Positions 9,317-19,704 of a stretch of 64,000 bases of DNA are shown piece by piece; within the stretch, counting starts at the first letter, position 1, and each line of letters starts with the position of its first letter. The position numbers and the translations under genes are program-made. This DNA comes from an uncultured virus (IMG/VR IMGVR_UViG_3300036832_001426). Taxonomy: Duplodnaviria; Heunggongvirae; Uroviricota; Caudoviricetes. Under the pieces are notes generated by a model, which saw nothing but the letters and a program-made list of their open reading frames with translations, searched no databases and was not told the origin of the DNA. The stretch is taken from IMG/VR virus record IMGVR_UViG_3300036832_001426, one strand, 5' to 3'.

Positions 9317-10087
9317 GTGAATGGCAACCAGCCCGAAAGTAATCCCGATATTCAAGCGTGGCTCGCAACGGGCTACCTTTGTTCCCGCACCGAAGCGGGG
9401 CTTGAGTCCATCCGAGCAGCGGCAGGCGTTTCGCTCACTCAACAGCAACTGTGCCAGTGGGTGGGAGAATTTTTTCTTTCCAAGGCACGCGGGGCGCTAC
9501 TGGACGGTGCCCAACATCTGTCCCAAATGCGGGGAGATGCCGCCGAAGGATATGCATTCGGCGCTGGCCCGCAGGCGCTTCATGTTCACCCACGCAATAA
9601 GCGCGCACTGAGCGTGGAGGCTCGCGCCGCGATTTCGAAGGCGCAGCGCAAACGCTGGCGGCTGGCGAGGGTGGCGGCACGCGGCGGACGCAAGGAATCG
9701 CTGAAGAGCTTCAAGCCTGCCTCGCGCTCGCACTCCATCGCGAACGCTCGCGGACAGAAAACTTACTGGGCCGGGATGACCAAGGAGCAGCGTTCCAAAG
9801 AGATGCGGCGGCGCGTGCTGGTGCGGCAGGGCAAGGCCACGTCGGTGGACAAAAGGAAGCTGGGCCCGCGCACGTCCGCGAGGGCGCTGCCCAAAGGCTT
9901 CTGGCAGCAAGAGACCAAGCGCCTGCTGGCCAAAGGCCCCGTCACCCGCGCCGAGCTGCGGTCGGCGCTGCTGCGCGCCCAGCCCGGCAAGGAAAACGCG
10001 ATCACGGTGGCGCTGGCGGCCATGAAGCGCGAGCACTTTGTCAGCGAGGTCAATCAGGTATTCACCCTGCGCGAGGCGAGCGCATGA
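9317..10087 (+). CDS. Highly basic putative DNA-binding protein
   Basis: GAGGAG RBS + GTG; LSVEARAAISKAQRKRW and YWAGMTKEQRSKEMRRR basic helices; C-terminal wHTH-like segment; TTGACA at 9205 upstream. Confidence 0.6.
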   Translation: MNGNQPESNPDIQAWLATGYLCSRTEAGLESIRAAAGVSLTQQQLCQWVGEFFLSKARGALLDGAQHLSQMRGDAAEGYAFGAGPQALHVHPRNKRALSVEARAAISKAQRKRWRLARVAARGGRKESLKSFKPASRSHSIANARGQKTYWAGMTKEQRSKEMRRRVLVRQGKATSVDKRKLGPRTSARALPKGFWQQETKRLLAKGPVTRAELRSALLRAQPGKENAITVALAAMKREHFVSEVNQVFTLREASA

Positions 10088-10291
10088 CCCCGGCCCGCCT
10101 CTACCGCGAATTTCTGCAGCTGGAGGGTGGCAGTCAGTGGCAGTTCGTCGCCATGGTGGAATTGTGGCGGCAGCGGCGAAAAGAAGAACTGTACGGTGTA
10201 GCGCGGGCGGTCAGTCATGAATTCGGTTTCGACTGGACCGACCCGCGCACCGGGCGCACGTTCCCTGCGCCCCAGAAGTCGAGGTTGAAAC

Positions 10292-10639
10292 ATGCAAGTC
10301 GAAATGCTGCACATCCATCACGGCGACAAGAAAAAGAAAATCGACACTTCGGTCGCCGAAGGAAAAAATGAAGTTGAGCGCCTGCTGAAAAATCTCTGCG
10401 AGCAGAAGTGCGCGATCTTCCTCGAACGTGGCAAGGAAACCTACCGGGTCACGGGCTACGACAAGGCGACCGACCAGCTGATCGTCGAGCGCCCCCGCCG
10501 CGCCGGGCGCAAACCCAAAAACCTGCCTCCAGCGGTCGACCGCATGACGGTGAAAGAGGCGGAGCGCGCCTATTGCCGGGTCGATGCCGCCAGCGCGAAG
10601 GTGACCGCCGTGGCTCCGGTCGCGGGCGGATCGAGGTGA
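10292..10639 (+). CDS. Small protein with MoaD/ThiS/Ubl-like C-terminus (VTAVAPVAGG-SR)
   Basis: GAGG RBS; C-terminal beta-strand followed by PVAGG. Confidence 0.7.
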   Translation: MQVEMLHIHHGDKKKKIDTSVAEGKNEVERLLKNLCEQKCAIFLERGKETYRVTGYDKATDQLIVERPRRAGRKPKNLPPAVDRMTVKEAERAYCRVDAASAKVTAVAPVAGGSR

Positions 10640-10643
10640 CGTC

Positions 10644-11654
10644 ATGGCCTCGCTTCCGAACGACCTCTCCGCCGCCCAAGCCACCCGGCTGGGCTTCCGC
10701 AGCGCCCGCCAGATGCAGCGCCTCGGGGAGCGCGCTTTCCGCAGGCGCGCCCTGAAGCAGGCCGCCCTCGAAGCCGTCCTCGACGCCGAGGACGACATCG
10801 TCGCGGATCGCATGGCGCAGCTCAAGGTCATCTGCGGCGTCACTATCGCGGAGCAGGATCTCTCCGACGACATCCAGAATTACCTCACCCTGATGGCCTT
10901 CCGCACCGCGCAGGGCGTGGAGGTCAGCTATGAGGAGGCGCATGCCGCCATCAACCAGATCGCCGAGGAGCACGGCTTTCTCTCCGGCGTCCCTATCCCC
11001 ATCGTGCGCCGCGACGGGAATGAGGCTCCCGATCTGGTGATGGCGGCAGGGGTGCCGCTGGCCGAACTGTTTCACATGAATCAGGCCCAGCGCCGGGCGG
11101 AGCGCACTGAACTCGAAGGCAACCTGCTGCGCTCCCATCTCCGGGTGCGCAATTCGTGGCACATGCTGGGCGATCAGACTGTCGCCGTCATCGAGACCGA
11201 GAAGGGGCCGATGGCGCTGCCCCACTATGATGCGGGCATGCGCCTGCGCAAGCTGATCACCGGGCATCAGGTGCGCTTCCATGCTCACCAGCGTGCCGAG
11301 GCGGAGATGAAGGCCCTCGAATCGCTGCGCGCCCGCATCTCGGAATCGCAGTTTGACAGCTACGTACTCTCCGGCATTTTTCCTGAGCGCTCGCCGCGCT
11401 CCGATGTCTGGTATTTTTTCCGCAAAGGTTACCCCACGCTCGCGGTCTCGTTCCACGGTCAGCACGGGGAAGATGGCAAGGTGCTGTGTGCCCTCTGCCT
11501 GCATCCCATGGGCTACTATCAGGGCACCCACGTCGGGCTGATGATTCCCACCGACGAGGTCATCGCTCACCTGCTCCTGATGCGCGCCGACGAAAGAAAA
11601 TTCTGGGCGAAGTCGGGACAGTGGCGGGCGGAAGATACCCGGAGTGGAATATGA
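10644..11654 (+). CDS. Hypothetical protein with C-terminal LCALCLHP..PTDEVIAHLL..DE..FW domain
   Basis: GAGG RBS; starts 4 nt after the GG-protein gene. Confidence 0.8.
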   Translation: MASLPNDLSAAQATRLGFRSARQMQRLGERAFRRRALKQAALEAVLDAEDDIVADRMAQLKVICGVTIAEQDLSDDIQNYLTLMAFRTAQGVEVSYEEAHAAINQIAEEHGFLSGVPIPIVRRDGNEAPDLVMAAGVPLAELFHMNQAQRRAERTELEGNLLRSHLRVRNSWHMLGDQTVAVIETEKGPMALPHYDAGMRLRKLITGHQVRFHAHQRAEAEMKALESLRARISESQFDSYVLSGIFPERSPRSDVWYFFRKGYPTLAVSFHGQHGEDGKVLCALCLHPMGYYQGTHVGLMIPTDEVIAHLLLMRADERKFWAKSGQWRAEDTRSGI

Positions 11655-11869
11655 AGACTTACGGCCTGCTCATCGAGGTCACGATGGAAGAGCATGAGGA
11701 TGAGGGCTTGGTGCGTATCGCTGCCACCGACCCGGTTCCCGCACCTGCCATGATGATTGCAGTCGAGCACATGATGAACTGGTTCGCCGGAGAGTCGGAC
11801 ATGGGCTACGAACTCGCGCTGGCGCTGCTGTGTGAGGGCGCACGCAAGGCCAAGCGGAGGCTGACATGA
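11651..11869 (+). CDS. Hypothetical protein
   Basis: GGAG RBS; overlaps neighbours. Confidence 0.6.
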   Translation: MKTYGLLIEVTMEEHEDEGLVRIAATDPVPAPAMMIAVEHMMNWFAGESDMGYELALALLCEGARKAKRRLT

Positions 11870-12561
11870 ATGCCCTGCATCCCGCGCTGCCCGCGCTGCC
11901 CGACCGCATGAAGAAATTGCCCGTCGATGCTCGCGGGTACCCCGTGCCATGGTTTGTGCACTGGTTCCACGCCAACGGCAAAGCGCTGGAGAGTATCGAC
12001 ATTCGCCCCGGGCCCGGCGACTACCCGGATTTTCGCGTCGTCGATTCGCGCAAGATGCGCCGCGCCGTGCGCGAGGATCTGTGCTGGGTGTGCGGCGAGC
12101 CTCTGGGGAAATTCATGGCGTTCGTCATCGGCCCCATGTGCGCCGTGAACCGCACCTCGGGCGAGCCGCCTGCGCACCGCGACTGCGCGATCTTTTCCGC
12201 CATGGCGTGCCCCTTCCTCACGAAGCCCAAAGTCGAGCGCCGCGAAAATAATCTGCCGCTGCCGGACGAGATCCGCGTGCACCCCGGAATGCTGGTGCGA
12301 AATCCCGGCTGCACCATGGTCTGGATCACGTTCAGTTACACGATCCATGAGGACACAAACGGCGCGCTGTTCAGAATCGGCGATCCCGTCGACGTGTTGT
12401 TCTTCTGCCAAGGGCGCGTGGCGACCCGCGAGGAGATCATGCACTCGATTGACACTGGGCTGCCTTCCCTGCGCGAGGTGGCGGCGCTGCAGGGCGAGCC
12501 TGCGCTCAAGGCTCTCGATGCGATGTATGACGAAGCCCTCAAGCTGGTGCCTGCGCGGTGA
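11866..12561 (+). CDS. Phage Cys-rich hypothetical protein (RGYPVPWFV..CWVCG..GPMC..CPFL)
   Basis: GGAGG RBS; Zn-binding-like motifs. Confidence 0.75.
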   Translation: MNALHPALPALPDRMKKLPVDARGYPVPWFVHWFHANGKALESIDIRPGPGDYPDFRVVDSRKMRRAVREDLCWVCGEPLGKFMAFVIGPMCAVNRTSGEPPAHRDCAIFSAMACPFLTKPKVERRENNLPLPDEIRVHPGMLVRNPGCTMVWITFSYTIHEDTNGALFRIGDPVDVLFFCQGRVATREEIMHSIDTGLPSLREVAALQGEPALKALDAMYDEALKLVPAR

Positions 12562-12721
12562 AAACCATGGTGCGGGTGGCTCACATTGTCTGCATCGAGG
12601 CGATGTGCTGGGTGGCAGGCGTAATCGGAATCAAACTGCTTGCCGAGGAGTGGGTACGCATTGCCTTTGCGGTTTGTTGGCTCGGCTTGTTCGCCCGCAG
12701 ACTGAGGAGATACGGGCAGCT

Positions 12722-12937
12722 ATGGTGATGGGAAAGGAAATCGAAGCACGCGAGAATGCGAACTACATCACCTGCCCCAATGGGCACAAGGTCTTTGTAA
12801 TCTGGTCCTCGCAGTTTAAGAAATTTGCCTTCACCTGCGATGAGTGCGAGGAACATTCGGTGCGCGCCATTTCGCCCATGACCGGGCACGTGGTGGAGGT
12901 GCGAGTCGTGAGCAGGATGAGAAAGCGGGAGGTTTGA
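12722..12937 (+). CDS. Zn-ribbon protein
   Basis: CPNGH...CDEC. Confidence 0.5.
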   Translation: MVMGKEIEARENANYITCPNGHKVFVIWSSQFKKFAFTCDECEEHSVRAISPMTGHVVEVRVVSRMRKREV

Positions 12938-12940
12938 GCA

Positions 12941-13131
12941 GTGAGTAAGGACAATCCTGTCAATGCAAAATTGCCCGGCTACGAAGTACATCACGCCACC
13001 GCCGAGCGCTTGCTCAAAGAATTCGCGCAGATGGCCCGCAGGGCAACCTGTTCTACATTTCGAGCGCCCGGCGCGAGGACATGATCAAGACCATGAAGGA
13101 ATTCATCGCCAAGCAGGAGAAGGGAGCATGA
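12941..13131 (+). pseudogene. Probable internally deleted/frameshifted small gene
   Basis: The N-half (VSKDN..YEVHHATAERLLKEFAQM) and a protein-like C-half (GPQGNLFYISSARREDMIKTMKEFIAKQEKGA*) are in different frames, with the switch at about 13031. Confidence 0.45.
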
Positions 13132-15791
13132 TTGGTGGCCAGAGAACGAAGTGACCGATTCACCGGGCTGGAGGTCGAACCTCACAGTGTCCTACCCGGG
13201 CAGCAGGTCTGCGTGGCGTACCGCAATGGCAAGCGCGTGGGCGTGCTCTATTTCAACGAGGCCCGGTTGCGGCTGGTCTTTGAGTCCGACGAACAGCTCT
13301 GGGTGGAGAAGCGGCTGGGACTTTCCGACTTCGAGCGCGTGTACGAGAACGGAGGCGTATGAACAAACTGTACGGTGAAGACGAGCACAGCAAATTCCTG
13401 CTCTGCATTCTGGAGCCGGGCAACATCCACCGCCTGACCACGGAGCGCCAGCCCATCGAGATCAACCTCAACGACAAGGATGGGCCATGGGCCAAAGGCC
13501 TGCCCGCGAAGGTGACCATCCACATCGCCTATTCCGAAACTCCGGTCTCGGACGCGAGCGAGCTGCGCAAGCTGATGCCCGATCTCAAGGTCAAGGATCG
13601 CCGCACGGCGGTGGTGGCCGCGAAGCGCCCGCATTGCCCCGAATGCAAGTCGACCGTCGAGGAGCTGGGCGTATGGCGCAGCGAGGAGTCGCCGCTGTGG
13701 ATCGTCTTCTGCGCGGCGTGCGGCGCGGTCTTCGGAACGACGCCGCCCGTCGCCGGGCTGGAGAAGAAAAAACCATGAACTCATTCCACTGGACGCAACT
13801 TGCCTCCGCTCTCTGCCTGATCGCCGCCGTTGTCGTGAACCTCGTCCTTACCCTGCGAAGTGTTCGGGAGTTGCGCGAGAACCGCGCCATCCGTGAAATT
13901 CTCTGGGCCTATGAGCGCGAGATGAAGGAAAGAGGAGTGACCCTGCCACCGCGCTGCGCATGGTGCTGTGAAGTTCTGCCCGACCACGTAGGGAAATGCC
14001 CTTTGAGATGGGAGTACCCCGACGCACTGCTGACTTCGCGCTTCACCCGGCCCAAGATCAAATACTTTCCCAACGGCGAGCAGCCGCCCGACACGGGCGA
14101 CAAGAGGAAAATGAATTGAGCAAAACCGTAAAACGCGGAGACGTCATCGCGCAGGAGATGGAGCTGGGCGAGGTGATGGACGAAGATTCCATCACTATCG
14201 CCTTCATCAAGCTTTTCAAAGAGAAAGACGGGCGCGAAGGGCGCGTCGCCATACTCTGGTCGACTGACCTGTTCACCCGTCCCGAGCTGCCCTTCCCTGA
14301 TGAATTGCGCGAGGAGCTGGTGCTCGCCCTGCGCCTGCACGCCAACAAGCTGGAATCCCGCGAGACCGATGCGCGTGCGCAGGAGCACGTCCGTCGACCG
14401 GGTCAGGCATGAGCTACCGCGAAGAGAATGGCGAGGTGGTGCTCACCCTGAGCCGGGACGATTATGATCTGCTGCTGATACTGCTCGGCCTCGCGGTGGC
14501 GGCGCTGCTGCCCGACCCAACTCCGGTCGACCGTGCGATCCGAATGATCAATCGGTTGAATGAAGGCAACCCGCAATTCGCGCCGTATCAGGTGAAGCCA
14601 TCATGAGCGCGGACATCGAAGTTCGCGCCGGGGATAACATCTGCGATTTTTGTTCCGATGCGAAACCCGAGCGCGTTTACAAATCCCCGGACTTCACCAT
14701 GGATGAGTCGCATCCTGAAATCGGTGTGCCCGGGATGCGCTCGAAAGGTGCGTGGATTGCGTGCCTCGCCTGCGCGGCGCTGATCGACAAGGAAGATTGG
14801 GACGGGCTGGTGTTGCGGGCGGTGTCGCGCCTCGGGCCGAAGTATGACGGCATGATGCCCCGCCGCATTCTTGCCGACACAGTCAGGCGCTCTCACACTT
14901 TGTTCCGTGAGCACTGCTACAAGAGAAAAACATGAGCGCCTTCGACGATCTCTTCGACGACCCGGAGCTGGCGCGATATCTGAAGCACGCAGAGAAGGAC
15001 ATGCTGCCCAAAATGAAATCCTCGGCGCTCACCATCATCATCACCGCAGAGCCGGACATCAAGCTGTGCTGCGAAGTGGGCGCTGCCGTGATGTACGACA
15101 AACCCTTCGTCCTGCTGGTGCCTCCGGGCCGCCGCGTTTCCGCCAACCTGCGCAGGCTCGCGTCGGTCATCGTCGAGGGCGACGTCACCGATCCGGGGGT
15201 CATGAAGCGGCTGCAGCGCGCTCTGGAGAACGTAATGAAAAACGATGCACGCTGCAAGGAGCCGATCCAATGAGCGAAGCCGCCGCCGATCTGGAGCAAA
15301 AATATCCGTGGATTCCATGGCGCAGCCCCGTCCTCATGCTGACCCCGAAGCGCAATGGCTACGCCTGCCGCTTGTGTATTGGGCGGCTAGGCTTCCGTGC
15401 GTGCGATGCGGAAGCCTGCCCATTCCTGTTTGAGACCATGGCGGAGTGTGAACGTCACATTGCGGAGTGTCACCCATGAGCGAAGCCTGTCACCTCAAGC
15501 AGGGCATCTTTGCGCGCTGGTTCATCTTCCATCCCGAGAACCGTTTTCGCGGATGGAGTGGCAGCCAGTGGGTGGAGTGCAGTCCCGAAGGCCTGCCCAC
15601 TCACACCCAAGTCTGCAACTTCGAGAGCGAAGAAGAGGCCCGCGCCTATTGCCGCGAGCACGGGCTGGAGCCAGTCGATGGTGCATGAGTGTCCCAAGTG
15701 CAAAGATCTCTGGGAGTGCATCTACGAGCGCTGCAAGCTGCCCCGCATCGCGATTTGTTTTGTCTGCTTCTCGAAGGCGTGGCATACTTGA
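13132..15791 (+). other. Cluster of about 10 short tandem hypothetical ORFs (13132-13362, 13359-13778, 13775-14119, 14116-14412, 14409-14606, 14603-14935, 14932-15273, 15270-15479, 15476-15688, 15678-15791)
   Basis: Serial 4-nt overlaps; several have CxxC pairs; 13775 has an N-terminal TM helix. Confidence 0.65.
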
Positions 15792-15896
15792 GCCGACATA
15801 CACACTCCCTTTAGCCCTCGGGTGGCGAAGGTTGCGGTTACTTCGCCGAAAAAAGCACCGCAGCCGCTGATTCCCCCGGGGGCTTTTTAATTCCCC

Positions 15897-16058
15897 TTGC
15901 TTTTTGTGTTACCAAGGGTGCACACTCTCGTCCATCGAGAGCAACACCCTCTCGATGATTCCGCTAAGACTGTTCCTTCGCAGTCAGGCCTGCGCGAGCC
16001 TTCAGTTCCTACAATCGCGACCCGGTGACAATCACCGTAGGTGTCTCCGAAAGTTTTG
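15897..16058 (+). promoter_or_regulatory. Putative late promoter and structured 5' leader
   Basis: TTGCTT..CACACT, then hairpins CATCGAGAG/CTCTCGATG (15933-15957), GACTG/CAGTC, AGGC/GCCT and CGGTGA/TCACCG. Confidence 0.4.
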
Positions 16059-16358
16059 ATGCCCCACACGAACGGCGTCTGCGTTCTCACTCCTGCGCAA
16101 GCTGACGAGTTCGAGCGAAACGGGCTCATTCCCTCCTGCCTGCAGCATCGCCATCTCTCACGCGGCAGAGCCGAAGAACTGGTCGCCGAGCACATCGTGT
16201 TTCGCGATGATCGCGGCGACTTCGTGCGCTACCTCGAAGCCCGCTGGGTGGGCCGAGGCAAAAAGTATCTGGTCTTTGTGCGCGGCAGGGAGTGGAAGCG
16301 CATGGAGTCGTCGGGCACGACCGTCATGCAGTTGGTGCCCGCCGGGGGTGTATGGTGA
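16059..16358 (+). CDS. Hypothetical protein
   Basis: First ORF of the late region; overlaps the next gene. Confidence 0.55.
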   Translation: MPHTNGVCVLTPAQADEFERNGLIPSCLQHRHLSRGRAEELVAEHIVFRDDRGDFVRYLEARWVGRGKKYLVFVRGREWKRMESSGTTVMQLVPAGGVW

Positions 16359-17578
16359 ACGGGCCTGAGCCGCTGACGACTCCGCCCGCCAATATGGCGA
16401 ACGTCGCCGGGCAACTGAATCTTCCCGACGGCCAGCCTGCAGTAAATTCCAAAGTTCGATTCGACCTGATGTACTGCGGCTGCAACGTGGGCCGGGTGAC
16501 AGGGTCGAACACCATCGTCCCCGAGACCTTCATCCTCGATGTGCCCGCCAATGGCGCGTGGTCGACGACGGTGTACGGCAACGACAAGATCGTTTGTGGT
16601 GCCGACACGGGCGGCAATTCGCGCTGGCGAATCACCTACATCGTGAATGGCGCGGAGCTGCCAGCGACCGATTACCAGATCAATTCCGGCGCGAATCCCT
16701 TCAACCCTGACAGCGCCTCGCTCTGCTCGAACTCCAACCCCGGCGTCAGCGACATCAACTGCGCGGTCTCCTATCCGTACGTCGTCCCACCACCGCCGCC
16801 CGTGGCCGGGCCCCAAGGCCCTCCCGGGCCTACGGGGCCAGACGGGCCCACGGGCCCGGTAGGGCCACCGGGCCCCGGCTTCGCCGGAGGCGGCGTACTG
16901 TCGCTCTGGCCGGGCAACTGGCTGGGCATCAACATCGCAGGTTCGAGCAACGGAGGCGAGCTTGGCAAGGGTGCTTCGCTGGGCATGGCGGGCACCCAAA
17001 TCGGCGGCTCGTATCCCGTGGTACTGGTTGCTCCGACAGCCACCCAGCCTCGCGGCGCGAAAATCCAGTCAGCGACGCTCAACAACACCTCCGGCATCAT
17101 GGACAGTGCGCAGAACCTGACGCTGGGCATTCTGAAAGACTGGTTCATGAAGGGTGCCATCGACGGGCTGACGGTGTCCCGCTACTTCATCGGGATGACC
17201 GACATGAGTCCGAGTTCGGTGGGTGTGGGCTTCTTTACCGATACTCCCAACGCGAACTTCGTGGGGTTTCGCTGGTCGGAGACGCTCGACACCACACACT
17301 TCAAGGCGATCTGCCAGACCGATTCCACGCACCAGACTATCGTCGATACGGGCGTCACGGTCGTAAAGGACGCTTATCACCTATTCGAGATTGTGCCTAC
17401 CTCGGGCGGCGCGACCATCAAGTTCTACATCGATGGCGTTCTGGTCGCAACCATCTCCAGCAATGTCCCAGCGAGCACGGTGGCGATGGCGACGCTGTTC
17501 ACGGTCGACGCCAAGAACAGCGGCAGCAGCGATTTCAATTTTATTTTTAACTACGTCTATGCGTGCGTGAGTTCGTAG
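16352..17578 (+). CDS. Fibre/spike-like virion protein with collagen-like GPx repeats and a lectin-like C-terminal domain
   Basis: GPQGPPGPTGPDGPTGPVGPPGPG; C-terminal YHLFEI..IKFYIDGVLVAT (ConA/LamG-like). Confidence 0.7.
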   Translation: MVNGPEPLTTPPANMANVAGQLNLPDGQPAVNSKVRFDLMYCGCNVGRVTGSNTIVPETFILDVPANGAWSTTVYGNDKIVCGADTGGNSRWRITYIVNGAELPATDYQINSGANPFNPDSASLCSNSNPGVSDINCAVSYPYVVPPPPPVAGPQGPPGPTGPDGPTGPVGPPGPGFAGGGVLSLWPGNWLGINIAGSSNGGELGKGASLGMAGTQIGGSYPVVLVAPTATQPRGAKIQSATLNNTSGIMDSAQNLTLGILKDWFMKGAIDGLTVSRYFIGMTDMSPSSVGVGFFTDTPNANFVGFRWSETLDTTHFKAICQTDSTHQTIVDTGVTVVKDAYHLFEIVPTSGGATIKFYIDGVLVATISSNVPASTVAMATLFTVDAKNSGSSDFNFIFNYVYACVSS

Positions 17579-17588
17579 GAGGTTCGAG

Positions 17589-17906
17589 ATGGCTAATCAA
17601 CAAGTGAACGTCTTTCGGGCGACGGTGCATCTGAAATCCGGGCTTGCGAATGGGCATCGTCGCGGTGAAGAAGTGCTGGCAATCGCGCTCACCGCGCAGG
17701 GCGCGGTCGCCGTCATCCAAGCGGTCTACGGTTCGGATCTCCAGAGCATCAACGGGCCGACGCTGAGCTGCTCCGGCGTGTGGACGACTCTCACCGGGAC
17801 GCCAGCGGTGATGGGCCAAGGGCCCGCCGAGGAAACGCATCACAATGTGCGCAAGGAAGAGCCCGCCGAGGAAGAGCCTGCGCATCACAAGCGCAAGGCC
17901 GCTTGA
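17589..17906 (+). CDS. Small late protein, paralog 1 of 3
   Basis: GGAGG RBS; similar to 17932 and 19885. Confidence 0.7.
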   Translation: MANQQVNVFRATVHLKSGLANGHRRGEEVLAIALTAQGAVAVIQAVYGSDLQSINGPTLSCSGVWTTLTGTPAVMGQGPAEETHHNVRKEEPAEEEPAHHKRKAA

Positions 17907-17931
17907 CCATCAGAAACTAAAAGGGGGAGCC

Positions 17932-18246
17932 ATGGCAGTCCAAACTATGAACGTCTACCGCTCTACCGTCGTCCTCAACTCTTTGATCAATGGGGGATAC
18001 GGCATGGCCGGAGTCGAAGTGGCGGTGATCGCGGAAAGCGCGGACGCGGTGATGCCTGTTTTGCAGGCCCAGTACGGCAGTGACATCGCGACCGTCCGTG
18101 GTCCGGTGCTGGTCGTCGAGGGAGCTTTGACTACGATGACTGGGTCGCTGCGAAAGGCACCAGCTCCGCCGCCTGCCGAGGAAGAGGCGAGCGAGGAGAA
18201 GCCGACCACACATCACGAATCGAAACGCGCCGGGCATTTGCGATGA
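17932..18246 (+). CDS. Small late protein, paralog 2 of 3
   Basis: GGGAG RBS; MAVQTMNVY..LQAQYGSDI. Confidence 0.7.
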   Translation: MAVQTMNVYRSTVVLNSLINGGYGMAGVEVAVIAESADAVMPVLQAQYGSDIATVRGPVLVVEGALTTMTGSLRKAPAPPPAEEEASEEKPTTHHESKRAGHLR

Positions 18247-18647
18247 CGTTCAGGCCGGGGAAGTCGGGGAATCCAACGGGCCGTGCCTACAAATTGGGCA
18301 CGATGTTCACCAATGCGCTGCGGGAAAAGCTGGCCGCGCTCGACAGCGAGACCAAGCAGACCATGGCCGGGCGGCTCGCCGATCTTTTGATTCGGTGCGC
18401 CACCCACCCCGATCCCGAAATTGATAAGACGCGCATCATGGCCCTCTGCGAAATCGTCGACCGCTGCGACGGCAAGCCCAAGCAGCAGCTCGATGTCAAC
18501 GATCTGACTGCTGAACTCAGAGAGCGTCCCGATGCGGACCTCATGTATCACCTCGAACATGGCTACTGGCCGGAGGACGAGGACTTCGAAAGACGCAAGC
18601 GCATGATGCTCGAAGCGGCGAAGAAGCCCATCACAGTAACGCAATGA
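18243..18647 (+). CDS. terS: Terminase small subunit (DUF5681-type)
   Basis: FRPGKSGNPTGR N-terminal motif; DRCDGKPKQ; directly upstream of the terL ATPase. Confidence 0.75.
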   Translation: MTFRPGKSGNPTGRAYKLGTMFTNALREKLAALDSETKQTMAGRLADLLIRCATHPDPEIDKTRIMALCEIVDRCDGKPKQQLDVNDLTAELRERPDADLMYHLEHGYWPEDEDFERRKRMMLEAAKKPITVTQ

Positions 18648-19333
18648 GCGAAAGTTCCCTCTCTCTCGGCAGCCGCGAGGGGCTGATCGAGAACATCCTT
18701 ATCCGGCAGGAGATGGCGAAGCGCGAAATATGGGCGAAGTGCGCCCAAAAGGTCGCGAACTTCGAAGCCGGGCCGATGCTCTGGCTCACCCAGTACACCG
18801 CGACCGAGGACGAGCACTGGCTGCACAAAGGCACGCCGCCTGTCGCGCCCTTTCCGACCAAGCAGTACCTCGCCATCGCGATGCTCTACCTGCTCACCTC
18901 TGACACCGTCTTCATCCCGAAATCCCGCGAGATGATGACGTCGTGGCTGGTGTGCGGCTACATCTCATGGATGTGCCAGTGGCTGCCGCACATCTTCTGG
19001 ATCCTGCAGACCGAGAAGGAAGACAAGGCGTCGCAGCTGATCACTTACTGCCGCATCCTGTTCGACCGACAACCGGACTGGATGAAAGAGCGCAATCCGC
19101 TGGTGGTCTCAAACTCCGTCGAACTGAAGCGGGAGAACGGCTCGCACATTCTCGCGGTGCCGCAGGGCGAGAACCAAGTGCGCCTGTTTCACCCGTACGG
19201 CTACATGCAGGACGAGAGCGCGTTCCTGCCCGAGGCCGAGCAGTCGTTCAACGCGGTTCGCCCGGTGTGCAAGCAGATCATTGCAGTGTCGTCGGATGAA
19301 ATGGGCTGGTTTCACAACGAGTGCAAACGCTGA
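18644..19333 (+). CDS. terL: Terminase large subunit, ATPase half only
   Basis: IPKSREMMTSW (Walker A), YMQDESAF (Walker B), IAVSS (motif III), then a stop. Confidence 0.85.
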   Translation: MSESSLSLGSREGLIENILIRQEMAKREIWAKCAQKVANFEAGPMLWLTQYTATEDEHWLHKGTPPVAPFPTKQYLAIAMLYLLTSDTVFIPKSREMMTSWLVCGYISWMCQWLPHIFWILQTEKEDKASQLITYCRILFDRQPDWMKERNPLVVSNSVELKRENGSHILAVPQGENQVRLFHPYGYMQDESAFLPEAEQSFNAVRPVCKQIIAVSSDEMGWFHNECKR

Positions 19334-19695
19334 TGACACTCACATCGGGAGGCTACACCATCAGGCCGGATGGCTCGCTAATCATCTCGACCACGCTGCA
19401 AGCCGGAGCGAGCAAGACCACCAGAGGTTTAATTTTCAATCCAGATGGTTCGCTGTTCACGGCCACCACTACCACGCCGACCGGGAGCTATGTCAGTTCC
19501 GAGGGCTGGCGCTATGACCCGAACGGCGCACTGGTGACCAACATCCTCAAAAAGCCCGGAGCATTTCTAAATTCTGACGGCTTCACTCTGAACCCGAATG
19601 GCGCTGTCTTGATTTCGGGGACGAAGCAGCCGGGAGCGGTCGCGACCAGCCGCCAGCTCACCTTCAACCCGGATGGTTCTCTGTTCGCATACTAA
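19333..19695 (+). CDS. Repeat protein with five [FYLI]x-P-[DN]-G-[SA]-[LV] beta-hairpin motifs
   Basis: IRPDGSL, FNPDGSL, YDPNGAL, LNPNGAV, FNPDGSL; TGATG coupling to the terL-N stop. Confidence 0.7.
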   Translation: MTLTSGGYTIRPDGSLIISTTLQAGASKTTRGLIFNPDGSLFTATTTTPTGSYVSSEGWRYDPNGALVTNILKKPGAFLNSDGFTLNPNGAVLISGTKQPGAVATSRQLTFNPDGSLFAY

Positions 19696-19704
19696 GGAGC
19701 CCCC

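Noticed and set aside
13340..16358. ENGGV* (13362) and PAGGVW* (16358) as more YGG tags
   Set aside because: No Tyr, GG is not terminal, and both are explained by the overlapping RBS of the next gene
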